Below are positions 61,052 through 64,000 of a stretch of 64,000 nucleotides of DNA, piece after piece (position 1 is the stretch's first letter; the number at the start of each line of letters is the position of its first letter). The notes under the pieces are model-generated. The model had not been told where the DNA came from. It saw nothing but the letters and a program-made list of their open reading frames with translations, and did not search any database. The translations under genes were made by a program, and so were the position numbers. Source of the stretch: Thermodesulfobacteriota bacterium (GTDB lineage: Bacteria; Desulfobacterota; Desulfarculia; JACQYL01); contig CAXXLZ010000001.1 of the NCBI GenBank assembly GCA_963675595.2, positions 1,408,001-1,472,000 of the forward strand, read 5' to 3'.

Positions 61052-63545
61052 AATCTTCTCTTTATCTCTTGTTCTCAGGGGTTCAATCTGTTCATCGAGT
61101 AATTCAGCGGTCAACTCCGGCTTCAAGTCCAAGGGGGTGAGGCTGCGCAACTCCTCCATTGAATAGCCCAGGTTCTCCCGTGCTCCTCGATTGACATCGG
61201 TGAAATGGAGTGTATGAGCGTCAAATATGTAGATTTCATTGAGGGAATTCTCAAGAACGCGACTGAAGCGTGTGGCCCGCTCTTCCGCTCTTTTCCGCTC
61301 GGTGATGTCCTGGTTGACGCCATAGGTCTCTATGGTGCGGCCTTGACTGTCTTTGACGATGAAGAAACGCACCGTGATGTGGCCGACCTCTCCATCGGCG
61401 TAAAGTATCCGATGCTCGATCCGGCGACTGTATCTGGAATCGCCGGCCTGGATGGCCGCCCGGACCTCCTCGCCCACGATGTGAGCATCGTCCGGATGGC
61501 AGAAACGTCTCGCGTACTCGGCCGAGGACATCCGATACCCACCGACCTTTTCGGCCGTCGTTCTGAATATCCGGTAGAAATTATCGTTGAACGTGAAAGT
61601 GTCTCGGGCCACATCGTAATGCCAGTGCCCGGCGGCGGCCATTCTCATTGCTTTGGCAAGCTGATCCTCACTCTGCCGCAGCGCCTCTTCCATACGCTTG
61701 CGTTCGGTGATATCCCTGCCCAGGATAATGAGGCCTTTTCGGGCTCCGTCCTCCTCGAATAGGGGCACTTTGATGACATCGAACACCCGTTGTGAACCAT
61801 CATCTGGTTGGGCGATGATTTCTTCACTGCGAGAGATGCTTCCTTCCCGCCAAGCCTTATCGTCGGTTTCGCGACTGACCAAGAACGCTTCGCGATGAGC
61901 GGGATCTACCATCTCCGCCAGCTCGACATCGGTCTTACCCTGATAAGCGACCTCGGTAAGTGATAGTGATCTCAATGCAGCGGCGTTAGCCTCCATCCAG
62001 CGTCCCTGTCCATCTTTGAAGGCAACGCAGTCCGGGCAGGCATTGACCAAAGTTTGCAACCGCTGCTCGTTTTCTCCAAGGGTCTTTTCCGCCTGTTTCA
62101 GTTGTGAAATGTCGACAAACGTTTCCACTAGGCAGGAACGATCATTCAGCATTGCCGTGGTTACTGTTTTGATTACCGGAACCTGGGTGCCGTCGGCCTT
62201 CAACAGCACCCGTTCGGCGTTCTCGACTTGTTGGCCCTGATCGAGGATCGGGCAGGCCTGCCCAAAGGCGGGACAGATGAATCGGTGGCACGAGTTACCG
62301 ACAATCTGATCCCGGGGTAGGTCGATCAGCTCGGCGGCGGTAGGATTGGCATCAACAATCTTGCGGGTCCGAGCATCGATAACCAAGATTCCCGCAGGAA
62401 CATGGTCAAACAAAGTGGAAAGGTATGTTTGGCTTTCTTCGAGCGCCGCCTCCGTCTTTTTCTGTTCGGAGATGTCGACCATATAGCCGATCAGCTCCAC
62501 CGGCCGGTCCTTTTCGTCTTTTCTGACGCTGACAATGTCCCTGAGCCACACCGTTTCGTTTTCAGGGGTCAGGCAACGATATTCGAAGTCGTGATCTTTT
62601 CCCTTTGATGTAGAGCCGAGGCAGAACTCAACCGCGGTTCGGCGATCATCGGGGTGAATGCGATTCGCCCAGGAATCCAAATCCGTCCAGGAATCCTGTG
62701 GATACCCGAGGATTGTCTCCACCTGCTTACCGATGAAGGTGAACCGATTGTCACGGCAATCAAATCTCCAAGGGATGGCATTGACGTTTTCCACCAGCGT
62801 TCTGAAGTTGGCCTCACTTTCTTCAAACAGCCTCTCTCTTTGTCTGGACTCGGTGATGTCCCGGGTTATGGTCAGGACCATGGACTCATCGCCTAAATTG
62901 GCCCCACAAGCGGTTACCTCAGCGTCATAGATTGTGCCGTCCTTGCGGCGATGACGTGTTTCGAAGGTCCTTTGCGTTTGCTCAAGATCCGCAAAATCGG
63001 AGCGGATTTCCGCCTCGGTCATCAATGCCTCAAAGTCCCATGTATGGAGGCCGAGAACCTCTTCAGCGCCATATCCCAGCATTTGTGAAAAACTCTTGTT
63101 GGCCTGACGCACCCTGTGGTTCTGATCGATAACAGCTATGCCGTCGAGACTTGCGTCCATGAGCGTTCTTTGGTGCAGCAGCTGCTCATGCAGCACCTTG
63201 TTCTCATTCCGGCACACGGATTCGGCTTTCTCCAATTCGAGAATCCGCTTTTCCAATTCTTCGTAGGTCGGCTTCTCAGACACAGGGACCTCCGCCGGAA
63301 TCTGCTCGATGAGCAAGATACCCGTTTGGTCGGAACTGTAACGTCATGGACTTACCACACCCGCAGCTGTGGCCTGCCCCATCGAGTGGACCGCACGAGG
63401 AGTCAAAACCCTCAGAAAGCCGGCGGGAACGGTCGGTGTGCGGAAAGCGGCCCAATGCAGACATTACAAAACGATCGCCCAAGATACTGATAACCCGCTC
63501 CGCTTCGGTCCGGTTTTCACCGCCCGATGGGGGCGAGGCAGGCCC

Positions 63546-64000
63546 CTAGAAATCCTCCAGGTCATCCTCTTTCGGGAGAATCAACTCCACGGGTTTAGCC
63601 TCTTCCCTTCTATCCCGCCTTTCCGGGCGTCGGCCCGCGGCTATCGGCAGGAGATTGTGCTGTCTTCCTGCATGAGCGCCGTTTTCCGGCTCTCGGTGAA
63701 GCCCGGCTTTCTCGGGGCCTTCGACCAGGCTCATGAGTTCAGCTACGGAGACCTTGGTGGTTCGGCATTGAGCATGCATTTCCTCTGCGGCCCCGGCCGA
63801 CCGCTCGGCGCCGGCCACGTTGGCCTGGATCACCCTGTCCAACCGGCTCACACCGACGCTGATCTGTTCGATCCCTGTGGACTGCTCCTCGCTGGTCACG
63901 GCAATCTCCGAAACAAGATCGGCCGCCTTCTCGGCCGACTCGGCTACTTGCCCAAAGGCATCCCGAGTCCGATTTACCTGCCCGGCCCCCTGGTTGATCC
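63546..64000 (-). CDS. Methyl-accepting chemotaxis protein, C-terminal fragment (continues beyond the window)
   Basis: SEEQSTGIEQIS..V..LDRV.Q.N.A.AE.SA.AAEEM and a C-terminal LEDF pentapeptide-like end. Confidence 0.88.
   Translation of the reverse strand, partial: INQGAGQVNRTRDAFGQVAESAEKAADLVSEIAVTSEEQSTGIEQISVGVSRLDRVIQANVAGAERSAGAAEEMHAQCRTTKVSVAELMSLVEGPEKAGLHREPENGAHAGRQHNLLPIAAGRRPERRDRREEAKPVELILPKEDDLEDF

Larger units (their letters stand above)
56260..63283 (-). pseudogene. Multi-PAS/GAF hybrid histidine kinase disrupted by an IS
   Basis: Removing 59176..61051 plus one AATCTT restores DKEKIVFNTVHRRKDGSRYPVEV in a 1713 aa frame. H-box AGGIAHDFNN, and a GTG start with GGAGG. Confidence 0.92.

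Noticed and set aside
1-64000. Whole window being archaeal (methanogen-like PAS kinase region)
   Set aside because: The flanks have bacterial-type hybrid kinases with Hpt, a bacterial lipobox and an in-CDS SECIS 3' of UGA. The archaeal-like signals are confined to the island.

Overview
Bacterial chromosome-like window, probably from an anaerobic deltaproteobacterium (Desulfobacterota-like). This is inferred from GGAGG ribosome-binding sites, the [10 protein letters not shown] hybrid kinases, the MCPs and a UGA/SECIS selenoprotein. The two flanks (1-10.3 kb and 36.6-64 kb) are a signalling region: KaiB, six very large multi-PAS hybrid histidine kinases, a CheY-like receiver, two MCPs and a probable selenocysteine rhodanese. 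Two of the kinases are each split by an IS with recognisable TIRs and target duplications. Between the flanks lies a ~26 kb accessory island (~10.35-36.5 kb) with no visible integrase. It carries an archaeal-type Orc1/Cdc6 initiator directly next to an AT-rich unwinding region flanked by inverted ORB-like TTCCACCGGAA boxes, plus several BRE/TATA-like archaeal-style promoter motifs. It also carries a coupled Cas4/RecB-like nuclease + HerA-like ATPase operon, a Zn-ribbon protein with a ScpA-like C-terminus, and a radC / DUF2958 / Ycf46-type AAA / DUF1257 / DUF2997 / DUF3150 module whose AAA gene is interrupted in frame by a group II intron. The best candidate for an undescribed system is this archaeal-style oriC-Cdc6 replicon element in a bacterial genome. 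All family assignments come from motif recognition by eye; no database searches were run.
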